Positions 31,520-42,106 are shown, counted from the stretch's first letter. The stretch: 64,000 bases of DNA from Thermodesulfovibrionales bacterium (GCA_963727725.1 CAVSHJ010000022.1:2008-66007), one strand, 5' to 3'. Translations and numbers: made by a program. The notes: a model not told the origin generated them from the letters alone.

Positions 31520-32536
31520 ATGAAGGAAGATATTGCTGTTGAAAAACTTCTGAACGTTGTTGAATTACACGGGATAGACAGAAGAGATTTCCTGAAGTAT
31601 TGCGCCGCAACAGCGGCACTGTTCGGCCTTTCAGAATTTGAGTTCACGACAAAAGTCGCCCATGCGGTGGAATCGGCGTCCAGGAAACCTGCGGTAGTAT
31701 GGATCGAAGGACAGGCATGTGCCGGATGCACCATTTCACTCACACAGAGTCTTTATCCGCCCGCCGCTTCTATTGTTCTTGACAAAATATCCCTGAGATA
31801 CCACGGCACTGTAATGGCAGCTGCAGGGTACCTCGCAGAAGAGGCCTTGGACGCCACCATAAAGCAGGGCGGATATATCCTGATTGTCGAGGGCGCCATC
31901 CCTTCCGCCGATGACCGTTTCTGGATGGACGCGGGGAAACCCGGCAGGGAACTTTTCGAGGCGGCAGCCAGGAAGGCAAAGGCGATACTTGCGGTGGGCG
32001 CATGCGGCTCCTTCGGTGGCATACCGAGGGGCACGCCGACAAGGGGGATACCGGTCAGTCAGGCCCTCAAGAATGCGAATATCGAGAAACCCGTTGTGAA
32101 TATTTCCACCTGTCCGGTGCATCCCGATCATCTGGTAGGCACAGTTCTATACGTCCTGGTTACAGGAAAGATACCCGAGCTTGATTCTAAAGGACGGCCC
32201 GCAATGTATTTTGGTGAAGTGACGATGCACGATAACTGCAGGCGGCGTGCACATTTTGACGCAGGCGAATTCCTGAAGGACTGGAATGACCCGAAACAGA
32301 AGAACTGGTGCATGCTCGAGAAGGGCTGCAAAGGCCCATCTTCTTACATTGACTGTACAGTGCGCAGATGGAACGACGGTATAAGCTTCTGTCTTGATTG
32401 TTCCGGCGTGTGTCAGGCATGTGGCGAACCGATTTTCTATGACAAGGTGACGCCCCTCTACATGGCAGAAGATGAGACATCAAAAAGGCTTTTGGCAATG
32501 AAAAAATCGAATCCGTCCGCTGAAGAAAAGAGCTAA
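31520..32536 (+). CDS. [NiFe] hydrogenase small subunit (group 1, Tat-exported)
   Basis: RRDFLK Tat motif; CAGC, GACGSFGG, CP, HDNC, CKGP..C..WN..FC..CQAC Fe-S ligands. Confidence 0.95.
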   Translation: MKEDIAVEKLLNVVELHGIDRRDFLKYCAATAALFGLSEFEFTTKVAHAVESASRKPAVVWIEGQACAGCTISLTQSLYPPAASIVLDKISLRYHGTVMAAAGYLAEEALDATIKQGGYILIVEGAIPSADDRFWMDAGKPGRELFEAAARKAKAILAVGACGSFGGIPRGTPTRGIPVSQALKNANIEKPVVNISTCPVHPDHLVGTVLYVLVTGKIPELDSKGRPAMYFGEVTMHDNCRRRAHFDAGEFLKDWNDPKQKNWCMLEKGCKGPSSYIDCTVRRWNDGISFCLDCSGVCQACGEPIFYDKVTPLYMAEDETSKRLLAMKKSNPSAEEKS

Positions 32537-32551
32537 AGGAGGTGAGAGCAA

Positions 32552-34115
32552 ATGGCAAAGAGACTCGTTGTTGATCCGGTAACAAGAATCGAAGGACATC
32601 TGAAGATCGAAGTGGAGATCGAGAATGACAAGGTAGTGGATGCATGGAGCAGCGGCACCATGGCACGTGGCTTTGAGGCGTTGCTGACGGGAAAAGACCC
32701 GAGGGATGCCCCATATGTGACCAGCCGTTTCTGTGGCGTTTGCTATAGCGTTCACCAGCTCGCTTCCTCGCGCGCACTCGATGCGGCATTCGGTGCGAGA
32801 GTCCCCTGGGGAGGTAATCTCATCAGGAATCTCGTGATGGGAGCGGAGTATATTTATGACCATGTGCTTCACTTTTACCAGTTGAGCGCACTCGACTACA
32901 TCGATATTATGGCTGTGGCAAATTATACGGGCAAAGACGAGGGACTGCTTGCGGTCAAGGACAAAATTGTCGGGCTGGTAAAGGAAAAAGATACTTATCC
33001 CTTTACACCGCGATATGAGCCTGATGAGTTCAGCGTCAAAGATCCCGAAATGGTGACAACGGCCGTCAAACATTATATCGACGCGCTGAAAATGCATGCT
33101 AAAGCGAGAGATATGGGAGCTATATGGGGAGGCAGAACGCCTCATTATCAGAACATAATTGTTGGCGGGGTTACCTCATACCCGGATATAAACCAGGTCT
33201 TCCGGTTCCGCACCATGCTCGATGAACAGAAGAAATTTGTTGAGGAGGTTTATATCCCTGATGTTCTTGCCTTTGGCACCGGACCTTTGTGGCCATTAGC
33301 TGAGATGGGGCTGGGCGGCGGACATTACAACTACCTCTCTTACGGTGACTTCCAGCTTGACCCGGGAGGGGAAGAAGATGGTATTCCCGGCCGGCGTCAT
33401 AACAGGGTTGAATCCTGCGGATATCGAAATCGCCCGTGTTGACCCCGAGAAGATTACGGAATCTGTGAAGTACGCCTGGTACAAGGAAGAGGCTGCTGTG
33501 CACCCGTATAACGGCGAGCAGGTCTTTGACCTGGACAAAAAGGATGCGTATTCATTTATAAAGGCGCCGCGCTATGAGGGTACGCCGATGGAGGTCGGAC
33601 CACTGGCGAGGATGATCGTCGCGAAGAACCCGGATATCCTCGGATTGGTAAAGAAAGGGGCTAAGCCGGGTGCAGTCGCCAGGCATGCAGCCAGGGCCAT
33701 AGAGACCAAGCTAGTTGTAGACGCCTGCTACACGTGGCTGGATCAGTTATTGAGTGAGATGACCCGGCCCGGCTTCAAGATCCAGGACTCCGATCATTGG
33801 GATCCTCCGGACAGTGGAATGGGCGCAGGCTTTTCCGAGCCGCCCAGAGGCGCCCTGGGACACTGGATAAAGGTAAAGGACAAGAAAATTGAGAATTACC
33901 AGGCGATAGTCCCGTCGACATGGAATGCATCTCCGCGTGACGAAAAGGGTGTCAGGGGGCAGTATGAAGAATCGTTAATCGGCACACCAGTGCCTGATCC
34001 AAAGAACCCCAACAACATAGTGAGGGTGATCCGTTCCTTCGACCCGTGCCTGGCCTGTGCAGTCCATATCATCGATCCGAATACGAACGAGGTCAGGAAA
34101 TTCATCATAGAGTGA
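32552..34115 (+). CDS. [NiFe] hydrogenase large subunit, frameshift near 33365
   Basis: DPVTRIEGH, L1 RFCGVC, L2 FDPCLACAVH plus cleavable tail; one extra G in CCCGGGAGGGG joins ORFs 32552..33442 and 33345..34115. Confidence 0.93.
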
Positions 34116-34627
34116 GCCAGGTAAAACCGGATCCTGTGACGAAATCGGAGGGGGGAGAGGGAGTCTCCCCCCAAAAGATTGTCATTCTGGGCGTCGGAAA
34201 TCTCCTGCTGTCTGATGAAGGCGTCGGGGTGCACGTGGCACATGAGCTCATGAAGCTGGACCTGCCTCCTGAAGTGTCGGTCGTCGAGGGGGGTACGGAC
34301 GGCTTCCGCCTTTTGAATGTCATCACGGGGGCGGACCGGGTAATAGTAGTCGATGCGGTGCGGAGCGGCGCAGAACCCGGTTCTATTTACAGGTTTGATG
34401 TGAAGGACGTCAGGAACGTTCCGCCGGGCTTCATGACGTCAGTCCACCAGGTCGGCATACTCGAAGTTATCGAATTGTCGGAGTTAATTGGAAAGACACC
34501 ACGCACGACAGTTATCGGAGTTGAACCCAAGTCTCTTGAGATGAGTATGGAACTTTCTCCTGAAGTGAAAGAGAAGATTCCCAGGATAATTGAGCTGGTG
34601 CTTGATGAGATAAAACGTCCTTTCTGA
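34112..34627 (+). CDS. Hydrogenase maturation protease (HyaD/HybD family)
   Basis: LGVGNLLLSDEGVGV, GGTDG, VDAV, SVHQ. Confidence 0.93.
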   Translation: MSQVKPDPVTKSEGGEGVSPQKIVILGVGNLLLSDEGVGVHVAHELMKLDLPPEVSVVEGGTDGFRLLNVITGADRVIVVDAVRSGAEPGSIYRFDVKDVRNVPPGFMTSVHQVGILEVIELSELIGKTPRTTVIGVEPKSLEMSMELSPEVKEKIPRIIELVLDEIKRPF

Positions 34628-34698
34628 GCGTCTCATTTTTCTCCGTCTCCGTCCGTAAATCCTACGGCCTATTGACCCGAAAATAGGCTCCAAAATAC

Positions 34699-34779
34699 GT
34701 CATTCCCGTGGTCTGAGGCGGTCCGCCTCAGGCGGAACATTCAAAACACATGGATGCCCGATTAAAACCTCGGGCATGA
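34699..34779. repeat. Second REP-like element
   Basis: GTCATTCCCG...TGGATGCCCGATTAAAACCTCGGGCATGA matches 4767-4859; carries an internal CTGAGGCGG-T-CCGCCTCAG hairpin. Confidence 0.6.
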
Positions 34780-34878
34780 ACGAAAAAACGCCCATTTTCA
34801 TTCTCCTTTGTGAGCGATAGCTCATGTCGATTCCTTTGCAGTGATTACATCGGCTCTGACAGGATGGGTTATAATTAA

Positions 34879-36681
34879 TTGATGAAGTCGGGAAAACTGG
34901 TTATAGCCCTCATTGCCTTTTCGATACTGATAGGCGCACTCGGAGGGTTCGTATACTGGACAATTTCGGACCTGCCGAATACAAAGCTGCTTGAAGAATA
35001 CGCCCCTCTCGAATCATCGAGAGTCTTTTCATCGGACGGAAAGGTAATTGCAGAACTCTACATTGAGCGCAGGACGTTTGTCCCTTCCTACCAGATCCCT
35101 GACCGTGTGAAGAAAGCCTTCATCTCCATCGAAGATATAAGATTCTACAACCATCCGGGTATCGATTTCATCGGCATAGTGAGGGCTCTGGGACGTGATA
35201 TCGAGGCAGGCGGGTTTGTTCAGGGGGCGAGTACGATCACTCAGCAACTTGCGAGGATGCTCTTCCTCAAACCGGACAAGAGTATAAAGAGAAAGATTAA
35301 GGAGGCGGCGCTCTCCATTATGATAGAACAGCGATATACGAAGGATGAGATACTCGGCATGTATCTCAACCAGGCGTATTTCGGCACAAGGGCATACGGT
35401 ATAGAAGCCGCTGCCCAGACATATTTCGGAAAGACGACAAAGGATCTGAATATTGCGGAGGCGGCCCTTCTCGCGTCAATGCCCAAGGCGCCGTCGGCAT
35501 ATTCTCCTTTCAGGTATCCGGAAAAGGCAAAGGAAAGAAGATCAACAGTCTTGAAACAGATGCTGGAACATGGATTCATAACGGAAGCGCAATACCGGGA
35601 AGCCGAAAATACACCTCTTCCGACAAACCCCAATTTCAGGAAATATGATGCTCCGTATTTTGTAGAAATCCTGAGACATGAACTCGAGTCAAAATATGGT
35701 AATGGAATATATACATCGGGTTACCGGATATATTCTACTCTTGATTCGGGGATGCAGAAGGCCGCTGAAGACGCTGTGAGGAACGGCATTTCCTCAATAG
35801 AAAAGAGGGTGAGACCGGGGGTTCAGGCCGCTCTTGTCGCGATAGACCTGAGAACAGGATATGTCAGGGCGATGGTAGGCGGGTCTGATTTCTGGAAGAA
35901 CCAGTTCAACAGGGCAACGCAGGCTCTGCGGCAGCCGGGGTCTGCATTCAAGCCATTCGTATATATGGCTGCGATCGAGGACGGGATGTCCGCCGAGGAA
36001 AGAATTAACGATTCGCCGGTTTCTTTTGGCGGAGCAAGACCGGGGCAGAGATGGAGTCCGCATAACTATGATGGAAAATACTATGGGAGTATTCCACTCA
36101 GGACCGCACTTGCGAAGTCACTCAATTGCGCCACAGTAAGGCTGGCGGCGAACCTGGGAGTTGACAATATTATCGAAATGGCAACACGGCTCGGGATCAG
36201 AAGCCGCCTCCAGCCCTATCTGCCGTTGGCTCTCGGAGCATCGGACGTGACACTGATGGACATGGTTTCCGCTTATTCGGCATTCGCCTCGGGATTCAGA
36301 CCAAAGCCGCTGTTTTATGAAAGGACACTCAATAGAGACGGAATAGTTATCGAGGAGAATGAACCCATTCTGACAGAACTCTTATCAGAAGACGATGTCG
36401 ATCAGATGAAGGTTCTTCTGAAAGCTGTCGTTCAAGAGGGCACTGCTATGAGGGCAAGAGAGTTAAAAAGGACCGTCTATGGCAAGACGGGCACGACGAA
36501 TGATTACACCGATGCATGGTTCATCGGGTTCGACGACGGGCTTGCCGTGGGTGTGTGGGTCGGCAGGGACGACCACACACCTATCGGAGCGAGGGAGACA
36601 GGCGCAAGGGCGGCGCTGCCGATATGGATTGATTTTATGAAAAAAGCGCTTCCACAAACTCTCTCGGATCAAAATCCCTGA
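34879..36681 (+). CDS. Penicillin-binding protein 1A family
   Basis: EDIRFY.HPGID, GASTITQQ; SAFK, SLN, KTG motifs. Confidence 0.95.
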   Translation: MMKSGKLVIALIAFSILIGALGGFVYWTISDLPNTKLLEEYAPLESSRVFSSDGKVIAELYIERRTFVPSYQIPDRVKKAFISIEDIRFYNHPGIDFIGIVRALGRDIEAGGFVQGASTITQQLARMLFLKPDKSIKRKIKEAALSIMIEQRYTKDEILGMYLNQAYFGTRAYGIEAAAQTYFGKTTKDLNIAEAALLASMPKAPSAYSPFRYPEKAKERRSTVLKQMLEHGFITEAQYREAENTPLPTNPNFRKYDAPYFVEILRHELESKYGNGIYTSGYRIYSTLDSGMQKAAEDAVRNGISSIEKRVRPGVQAALVAIDLRTGYVRAMVGGSDFWKNQFNRATQALRQPGSAFKPFVYMAAIEDGMSAEERINDSPVSFGGARPGQRWSPHNYDGKYYGSIPLRTALAKSLNCATVRLAANLGVDNIIEMATRLGIRSRLQPYLPLALGASDVTLMDMVSAYSAFASGFRPKPLFYERTLNRDGIVIEENEPILTELLSEDDVDQMKVLLKAVVQEGTAMRARELKRTVYGKTGTTNDYTDAWFIGFDDGLAVGVWVGRDDHTPIGARETGARAALPIWIDFMKKALPQTLSDQNP

Positions 36682-37543
36682 GATCATCAATTCCTTCGCC
36701 GACGCCTATCAGCCTGACAGGGATTCCAAGTCCCCGCCTTATGGCAAAGACGATACCCCCTTTTGCGGTACCATCGAGTTTTGTCAGTGCGATACCGGTT
36801 ATACCGACAGCCTGATTGAAAAGCTCTGCCTGCCTCAGCGCGTTCTGGCCTGTCGTTGAGTCCACTACAAGCAGGATCTCCTGAGGTGCTCCAGGCATCG
36901 CCTTATCGACGCTCCTTTTGACCTTTTTCAGTTCCTCCATAAGATTACTCTTGGTGTGGAGCCGTCCTGCGGTGTCTATGATTACGGCGTCTACACCTCT
37001 GCTCCGTGCAGCCACGACGGCATCATAGGCCACCGCCGCAGGGTCAGACCCACTCTGGTGCTTCACAAAATGAGTATCCGCCCTCTTTGCCCATATCTCG
37101 AGTTGCTCGATTGCTGCCGCCCTGAAGGTATCACCTGCCGCGAGTAACACCGAAAGACCCTGCGAGCGCAAGCGGCTTGCGAGTTTTCCTATTGTGGTTG
37201 TCTTGCCGACGCCGTTCACTCCTACTACGAGGATCACAAAAGGTTTGCTCCCAAAGATAACGATGGGCTGGGAATCACCGAGAATTGTCACCATTTCTCT
37301 TTTTAGAAGTTCTTTTACCGAATCTATATTTGTTGCTTCACCCTTTCGAGCCTTTTCCCTGATGACCGTCATTATCTCGGCAGCCGCCCGGGTACCGACG
37401 TCAGATGCGATTAAAATCTCCTCAAGTTCTTCCAGCGCCTCATCGTCAATGGCGCGACCCGTAAGAATGGACTCTACTTTTCCCATAAATGTCTTTCTCG
37501 TCTTTGTAAGGCTCTCTTTCAGCCGGTCAAAAAAACCCATCAT
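36635..37543 (-). CDS. ftsY: SRP receptor FtsY
   Basis: GFFDRLK, GVNGVGKTT, DTFRAAA, DTAGR, TKLDGTAKGG. Confidence 0.97.
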   Translation of the reverse strand: MMGFFDRLKESLTKTRKTFMGKVESILTGRAIDDEALEELEEILIASDVGTRAAAEIMTVIREKARKGEATNIDSVKELLKREMVTILGDSQPIVIFGSKPFVILVVGVNGVGKTTTIGKLASRLRSQGLSVLLAAGDTFRAAAIEQLEIWAKRADTHFVKHQSGSDPAAVAYDAVVAARSRGVDAVIIDTAGRLHTKSNLMEELKKVKRSVDKAMPGAPQEILLVVDSTTGQNALRQAELFNQAVGITGIALTKLDGTAKGGIVFAIRRGLGIPVRLIGVGEGIDDLRDFDPREFVEALFS

Positions 37544-37697
37544 TCCTCCTTCGGAGATAATTGGTAATTGTAATTTTTTTAAAGAGCATTTATCAATAAC
37601 CAGAATGAGAAACTGTCCCTGAACACCTTGAGTTAAATGAGGAAAACTGATAATATTTATAAATTAGATTAAAATTACGGATGGGACTGAAAATATT

Positions 37698-38171
37698 ATG
37701 GATAAACCTATGCGATTCAGAATCAACAGCCCGAAAGTCATCCACGAAACTATTGACGGGGAGACGGTAATTGTCAATCTTGACAGCGGCAATTATTATA
37801 GTCTCGATAACGTGGGAGCCGGTGTCTGGGCTTTGATCGGAGGCGGTTTGCCGGTGCACGAAATTATCCGGGATATAGCCCGCCGCTATATCGGTGAACG
37901 AGAGGAGATGGATCAGGCTATTCATCAATTCGTCGGTCAATTGCAGGAGGAAGGACTGATTGTTACTGATGAATCTCATGTGAACAGCAGTGAACCGGGA
38001 TCGGGGACCCAGGACACAACACGAGCAATGGAAGGACATCCGGTCTTTGAGACTCCTGCCCTCCATAAATACAGCGATATGCAGGATTTACTCCTGCTGG
38101 ACCCCATACATGAGGTTGATGATACAGGTTGGCCGAGTCCTAAAAATGACGTTCCGGTGAGCGATGCATGA
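37698..38171 (+). CDS. PqqD/RRE-domain protein with a C-terminal lasso-leader-like and core-like peptide
   Basis: First ~90 aa (ETIDGETVIVNLDSGNYYSLDNVGAGVWALI..FVGQLQEEGLI) fit the PqqD fold; then a low-complexity linker and FETPALHKYSDMQDLLLLDPIHEVDDTGWP. Confidence 0.85.
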   Translation: MDKPMRFRINSPKVIHETIDGETVIVNLDSGNYYSLDNVGAGVWALIGGGLPVHEIIRDIARRYIGEREEMDQAIHQFVGQLQEEGLIVTDESHVNSSEPGSGTQDTTRAMEGHPVFETPALHKYSDMQDLLLLDPIHEVDDTGWPSPKNDVPVSDA

Positions 38172-38208
38172 GACTATATTGAAGCAGCCTTGAAGTCGAC
38201 AGAATATC

Positions 38209-40020
38209 ATGGATACGATCGAGTCATTGGAAGAACAGGAAGCTTTTTTCCGGGGTGTACATGATCGATTTTTAAAAGCGGTGGCTTCTGTCGGTGCGGT
38301 AAATTCTTACTACAGAATCTGTGACACCTCAGTCTGCCTCTCTTTTGCAGGCGAAGAACTAGTCCCGCATATAACACCTGCCCTGAGTCATCTCGCGATA
38401 CCTGAAGTCGAAAAGCCTGATCTCACAGTGTGTTTATGGGATAGTGTTTCAACCGAGACGGGTATGGTGCCGCCGCCGTGGAAACGCGACCGATATACAT
38501 ACAGGGGAGATATCTGGGGATATAACAGTGTCAGGATAAGAACCGCATTCCACTGGATTGAATTCTCCCTGAACATGCTGGACTTTGAAACGAATACAGG
38601 ACTGTTTTGGGTTGAACATACCCGGAGCCTGCCTTTTTGGGTGCATGCCTCTCCTCTCAGGACATTACTCCACTGGTGGATGGAAAAGAACGGGTGTCAG
38701 CTTGTTCATGCTGCGGCCGTTGGTACGGAAAGCGGGGCAGTCCTCCTGACGGGTAAAGGCGGGATCGGAAAATCAACCGCGGCCCTCTCCTGTTTGAAAT
38801 CAGGTTTTTTTTATCTCGGCGACGACTACGTCGTCACACGGGTGAGTCCGGAGCCATACGTATACACTCTATACAACACCGCGAAATTGGACGCAGATCA
38901 CGTAAAGAACTTTCCTGAGATCTCCCGCTTGATTTCGAATGCCGAAAACCTGAAAGATGAGAAAGCTGTCATATTTCTTTATCCGGAATTCGGCGCGCAG
39001 CTTGTCGGGACGATGCCGCTGAAAGCTGTCGTTGTCCCGCATGTCACAGATCACAGGGAATCGGGTGTTACAAGAATATCTTCCGAAAACGTTCTTCGGG
39101 CAGCATCCTTCACGACCATGACTCAATTGCCGGGTGCAGGTATCAAGACATATGAGTTTCTCAATGAATTATCGGCAAGACTTCCTTGCTTCAGCCTCGA
39201 ATCAGGCCGTGATCTTTCTCATATCCCTGTTGCTGTTTCCGGCTTATTGCAGACCCTTTCGGATGGAAAGATTGCCGATACTCTCAGGAAATCCACCGGA
39301 GAACAACGCCTGGCTCCCAAAGCGTGGCCGGTTGTGAGCATCATATTGCCGGTATTCAACGGAGAGCGATTTATCAGAGAAGCAGTGGAGAGCATCGTGT
39401 CTCAGGGCTATCCTTCCTTAGAGATAATTATCATAGATGATGGTTCCACTGATAAGACAAAGGATATTATTGAAGAAGTGCCGGTTGAGGTACGGTATTT
39501 CAGGCAGGACAACCGCGGCCCCGCAGCTGCCAGGAACAAAGGCGTCAGAGAAGCGACGGGAGATTTTGTTGCCTTTATTGATGTAGATGACCTGTGGCCG
39601 AAAAACAACCTCCATATGCTGGCAGAAGAGCTGCTGGAGGATAAGGACGTTGACGTGGTACATGGGTATGCCCAGCTTGCCCGCTATAACGATGTTACTC
39701 ACGAATGTGAGTATGCCGGAAATCCGGCAGAATCATTTCCCTATTACATCGGAGCTGCGCTGTACCGGAGATCGGTATTTACAAAGGTGGGCCTGTTTGA
39801 TCCGACACTGTTATATGGTGAAGATACTGACTGGTTTAAGCGGGCAGAGGAGTTGAAAGTAAATATCAGGAGACTGGAAGATGTGACCTTGATCGTCCGA
39901 AGACACGGAAAGAATATGACCTCTGCCAAAGACATGGTTGAATTGAATCACCTTCGTGTATTCAAGAAGAGTCTGGATAGAATGCGGGCACGCAGACAGG
40001 CAGACCATGTTCTTCCCTGA
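38209..40020 (+). CDS. HPr-kinase-like P-loop protein fused to a GT2 glycosyltransferase
   Basis: VHAAAV..LLTGKGGIGKST..YLGDD in the N-terminal part; VSIILPVFN, IDDGSTD, FIDVDD, GEDTDW in the C-terminal part. Confidence 0.85.
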   Translation: MDTIESLEEQEAFFRGVHDRFLKAVASVGAVNSYYRICDTSVCLSFAGEELVPHITPALSHLAIPEVEKPDLTVCLWDSVSTETGMVPPPWKRDRYTYRGDIWGYNSVRIRTAFHWIEFSLNMLDFETNTGLFWVEHTRSLPFWVHASPLRTLLHWWMEKNGCQLVHAAAVGTESGAVLLTGKGGIGKSTAALSCLKSGFFYLGDDYVVTRVSPEPYVYTLYNTAKLDADHVKNFPEISRLISNAENLKDEKAVIFLYPEFGAQLVGTMPLKAVVVPHVTDHRESGVTRISSENVLRAASFTTMTQLPGAGIKTYEFLNELSARLPCFSLESGRDLSHIPVAVSGLLQTLSDGKIADTLRKSTGEQRLAPKAWPVVSIILPVFNGERFIREAVESIVSQGYPSLEIIIIDDGSTDKTKDIIEEVPVEVRYFRQDNRGPAAARNKGVREATGDFVAFIDVDDLWPKNNLHMLAEELLEDKDVDVVHGYAQLARYNDVTHECEYAGNPAESFPYYIGAALYRRSVFTKVGLFDPTLLYGEDTDWFKRAEELKVNIRRLEDVTLIVRRHGKNMTSAKDMVELNHLRVFKKSLDRMRARRQADHVLP

Positions 40021-40107
40021 ACGGTTCTCATTTGCTCAAAGTAAACAATTTTTTATGCCTTTTGAAGTTTATGAAATTCCATGCGGCATTTCTGAGCAGG
40101 GTGGAAA

Positions 40108-41409
40108 ATGATGAATCAACTTCTATTGGGGCACCGGGCCGTTTATCGGTTGATTAACGCCGATGAGGCGTTCGATCCGCAAAAACAGGTTCATATCTTC
40201 TGGGAAGGTACCCAGTTTGCAACAACTTCTTTTTCTCTCATAAACCGGGAACTGTGTTCAGGCATTATCGATTCCGGAATTGCAGAACTTACTATAGTGC
40301 CATATGAGCCGGCTCAGTTTGCTGTAGAAGGCAATCCGCGATTTGAAAGACTCGCTGCTCATGATATCCGCATTAAGGGGCTCTCCATTCGTGATCGCGC
40401 AAAGCGGCCGCATGTGTGGGTGCGTCATCAATGGCCTCCCCGGCCAAATCCGCCCGGCAAAGCTAAATGGATTATCATGCACCCATGGGAATATTCAGCA
40501 ATTCCCGGATTTTATGCCGATACCTTTTCCCTTGCCGAAGAAATCTGGACGCCGACAAATTTTTCACGCGATGCCTTTGTATCATCGGGAATTGACCCAT
40601 CGAAAGTCCATGTTGTGCCTAACGGTGTTGACCCTGAGATTTTCTCTCCGGCAGGGGAACCCTTGAGGCTTCCGACAACGAAGCGCTTCAAGTTCCTCTT
40701 TGTCGGGGGGACTATTTACCGTAAAGGGGTGGACATCCTGCTTGAGAGTTACTCACACGCTTTCACCTCTAAGGACGATGTCTGCCTGATTATCAAGGAT
40801 CTTGGAGTGAACACCCTTTACAAGGGGCAAACGGCACAGGATCTTATCAAGAGCTTCCGGAATGAGGAGGGCACGCCGGAGATCCTTTACATTGAGGATG
40901 AATTCAGTCGGGAGCAAATGGCTGGACTTTATCGGGCCTGCGATGTTTTTGTTTCATCCTACCGGGGCGAAGGTTTTTCGCTGCCTGCCCTTGAGGCGAT
41001 GTCAAGTGGTCTCCCGGTCATCGTAACCCGCGGCGGGGCCACAGATGATTTTGTTGATGAAGAAGTAGGCTGGTGTATCGACTCCGCAAGACGTCGTGTC
41101 AGGAAGGTCTATGGCCATGAAGTCGACGGAGAAGGTTTCCTGCTCGAACCGAGCAGGAGGCATCTTGAGGAAATCCTGCGAGAAGCATATAATTCGCCCT
41201 CGGAGATCATGAAGAAATCGATCGAAGGCGCATTGCGGGCGCGAAACCACTGGACATGGAAACATTCTCTACGTCGCCTTCTTTTAAGGATTGATTCACT
41301 GTGCGGGACGAGTATGGGGGTTGATGCACAAAAGGGTTTCAGAGATGCCGACGGAGATACCGCTTTCATAAGGAAGGCGATCACGCAAAAACATAGAGGA
41401 CATGGATAG
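40108..41409 (+). CDS. GT4-family glycosyltransferase
   Basis: VVPNGVD, RKGVDILL, YRGEGFSLPALEAM. Confidence 0.9.
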   Translation: MMNQLLLGHRAVYRLINADEAFDPQKQVHIFWEGTQFATTSFSLINRELCSGIIDSGIAELTIVPYEPAQFAVEGNPRFERLAAHDIRIKGLSIRDRAKRPHVWVRHQWPPRPNPPGKAKWIIMHPWEYSAIPGFYADTFSLAEEIWTPTNFSRDAFVSSGIDPSKVHVVPNGVDPEIFSPAGEPLRLPTTKRFKFLFVGGTIYRKGVDILLESYSHAFTSKDDVCLIIKDLGVNTLYKGQTAQDLIKSFRNEEGTPEILYIEDEFSREQMAGLYRACDVFVSSYRGEGFSLPALEAMSSGLPVIVTRGGATDDFVDEEVGWCIDSARRRVRKVYGHEVDGEGFLLEPSRRHLEEILREAYNSPSEIMKKSIEGALRARNHWTWKHSLRRLLLRIDSLCGTSMGVDAQKGFRDADGDTAFIRKAITQKHRGHG

Positions 41410-42106
41410 ACCTCTGGTAAGTGTCATAGTTGCAGTTTCCGATGGTGAACGCTACATAGGTTCTGCCCTTCACAGTATCTTCAGGCAGAACTATTACCCT
41501 TTTGATATTATTGTTGTTGATGGACAGTCGGTTGACCGTACCGCTGCGATAGCACAATCGTTCAAATCAGTCAAATACATCTATCAAGCGGGACACGGTC
41601 TGGCAAATGGCCGTAATAGGGGAATAGAAGCGGCTCAGGGAGAGTTTATCGCTTTTCTTGACTCTGATGACCTTTGGACACCGGACAAGCTTGGTATCCA
41701 GATTGATTATCTCCTGCGAAACCCTGAACTTCAGTATGTGAATGCATGGGTTCAGTTGTTTGTCGACTGGGGATACAGTCTGAGGTCCAGGTATACGAAG
41801 AAGTTTCTGGAGCAGGCACACGTAGGTCGTACGCCGGGCACGCTGGTAGCTCGAAAGTCTGTCTTTGATCTTGTCGGCCTGTTTAGTCCGGATTTCAACA
41901 TCGCATGTGATGCCGAATGGTTTGTGCGGGCCAATGGCTGCAGGATTCCCATGTTCATTGTCCCCGAGGTTCTGCTTTATAAACGAATTCACGATAATAA
42001 TCTTTCATCCAATGTGAGCATAAACAGGAAGGAGTTAATGGAGGTAATAAGACAATCAATTATGCGGCAACGACAACAGGAACATATAATTCTCTATGGC
42101 AAATGA
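41402..42106 (+). CDS. GT2-family glycosyltransferase
   Basis: LVSVIV, VVDGQS.D, FLDSDD, RIHDNNL. Confidence 0.9.
   Translation: MDRPLVSVIVAVSDGERYIGSALHSIFRQNYYPFDIIVVDGQSVDRTAAIAQSFKSVKYIYQAGHGLANGRNRGIEAAQGEFIAFLDSDDLWTPDKLGIQIDYLLRNPELQYVNAWVQLFVDWGYSLRSRYTKKFLEQAHVGRTPGTLVARKSVFDLVGLFSPDFNIACDAEWFVRANGCRIPMFIVPEVLLYKRIHDNNLSSNVSINRKELMEVIRQSIMRQRQQEHIILYGK

Noticed and set aside
33345-33442. Split large subunit, programmed frameshift or selenocysteine recoding in the hydrogenase
   Set aside because: One extra G in a G run explains the break, and the L2 motif uses TGC/TGT codons rather than TGA
37698-38171. PQQ biosynthesis gene or canonical lasso peptide cluster
   Set aside because: No pqqABCE, lasso cyclase or B2 peptidase in the window, and the leader lacks the penultimate Thr
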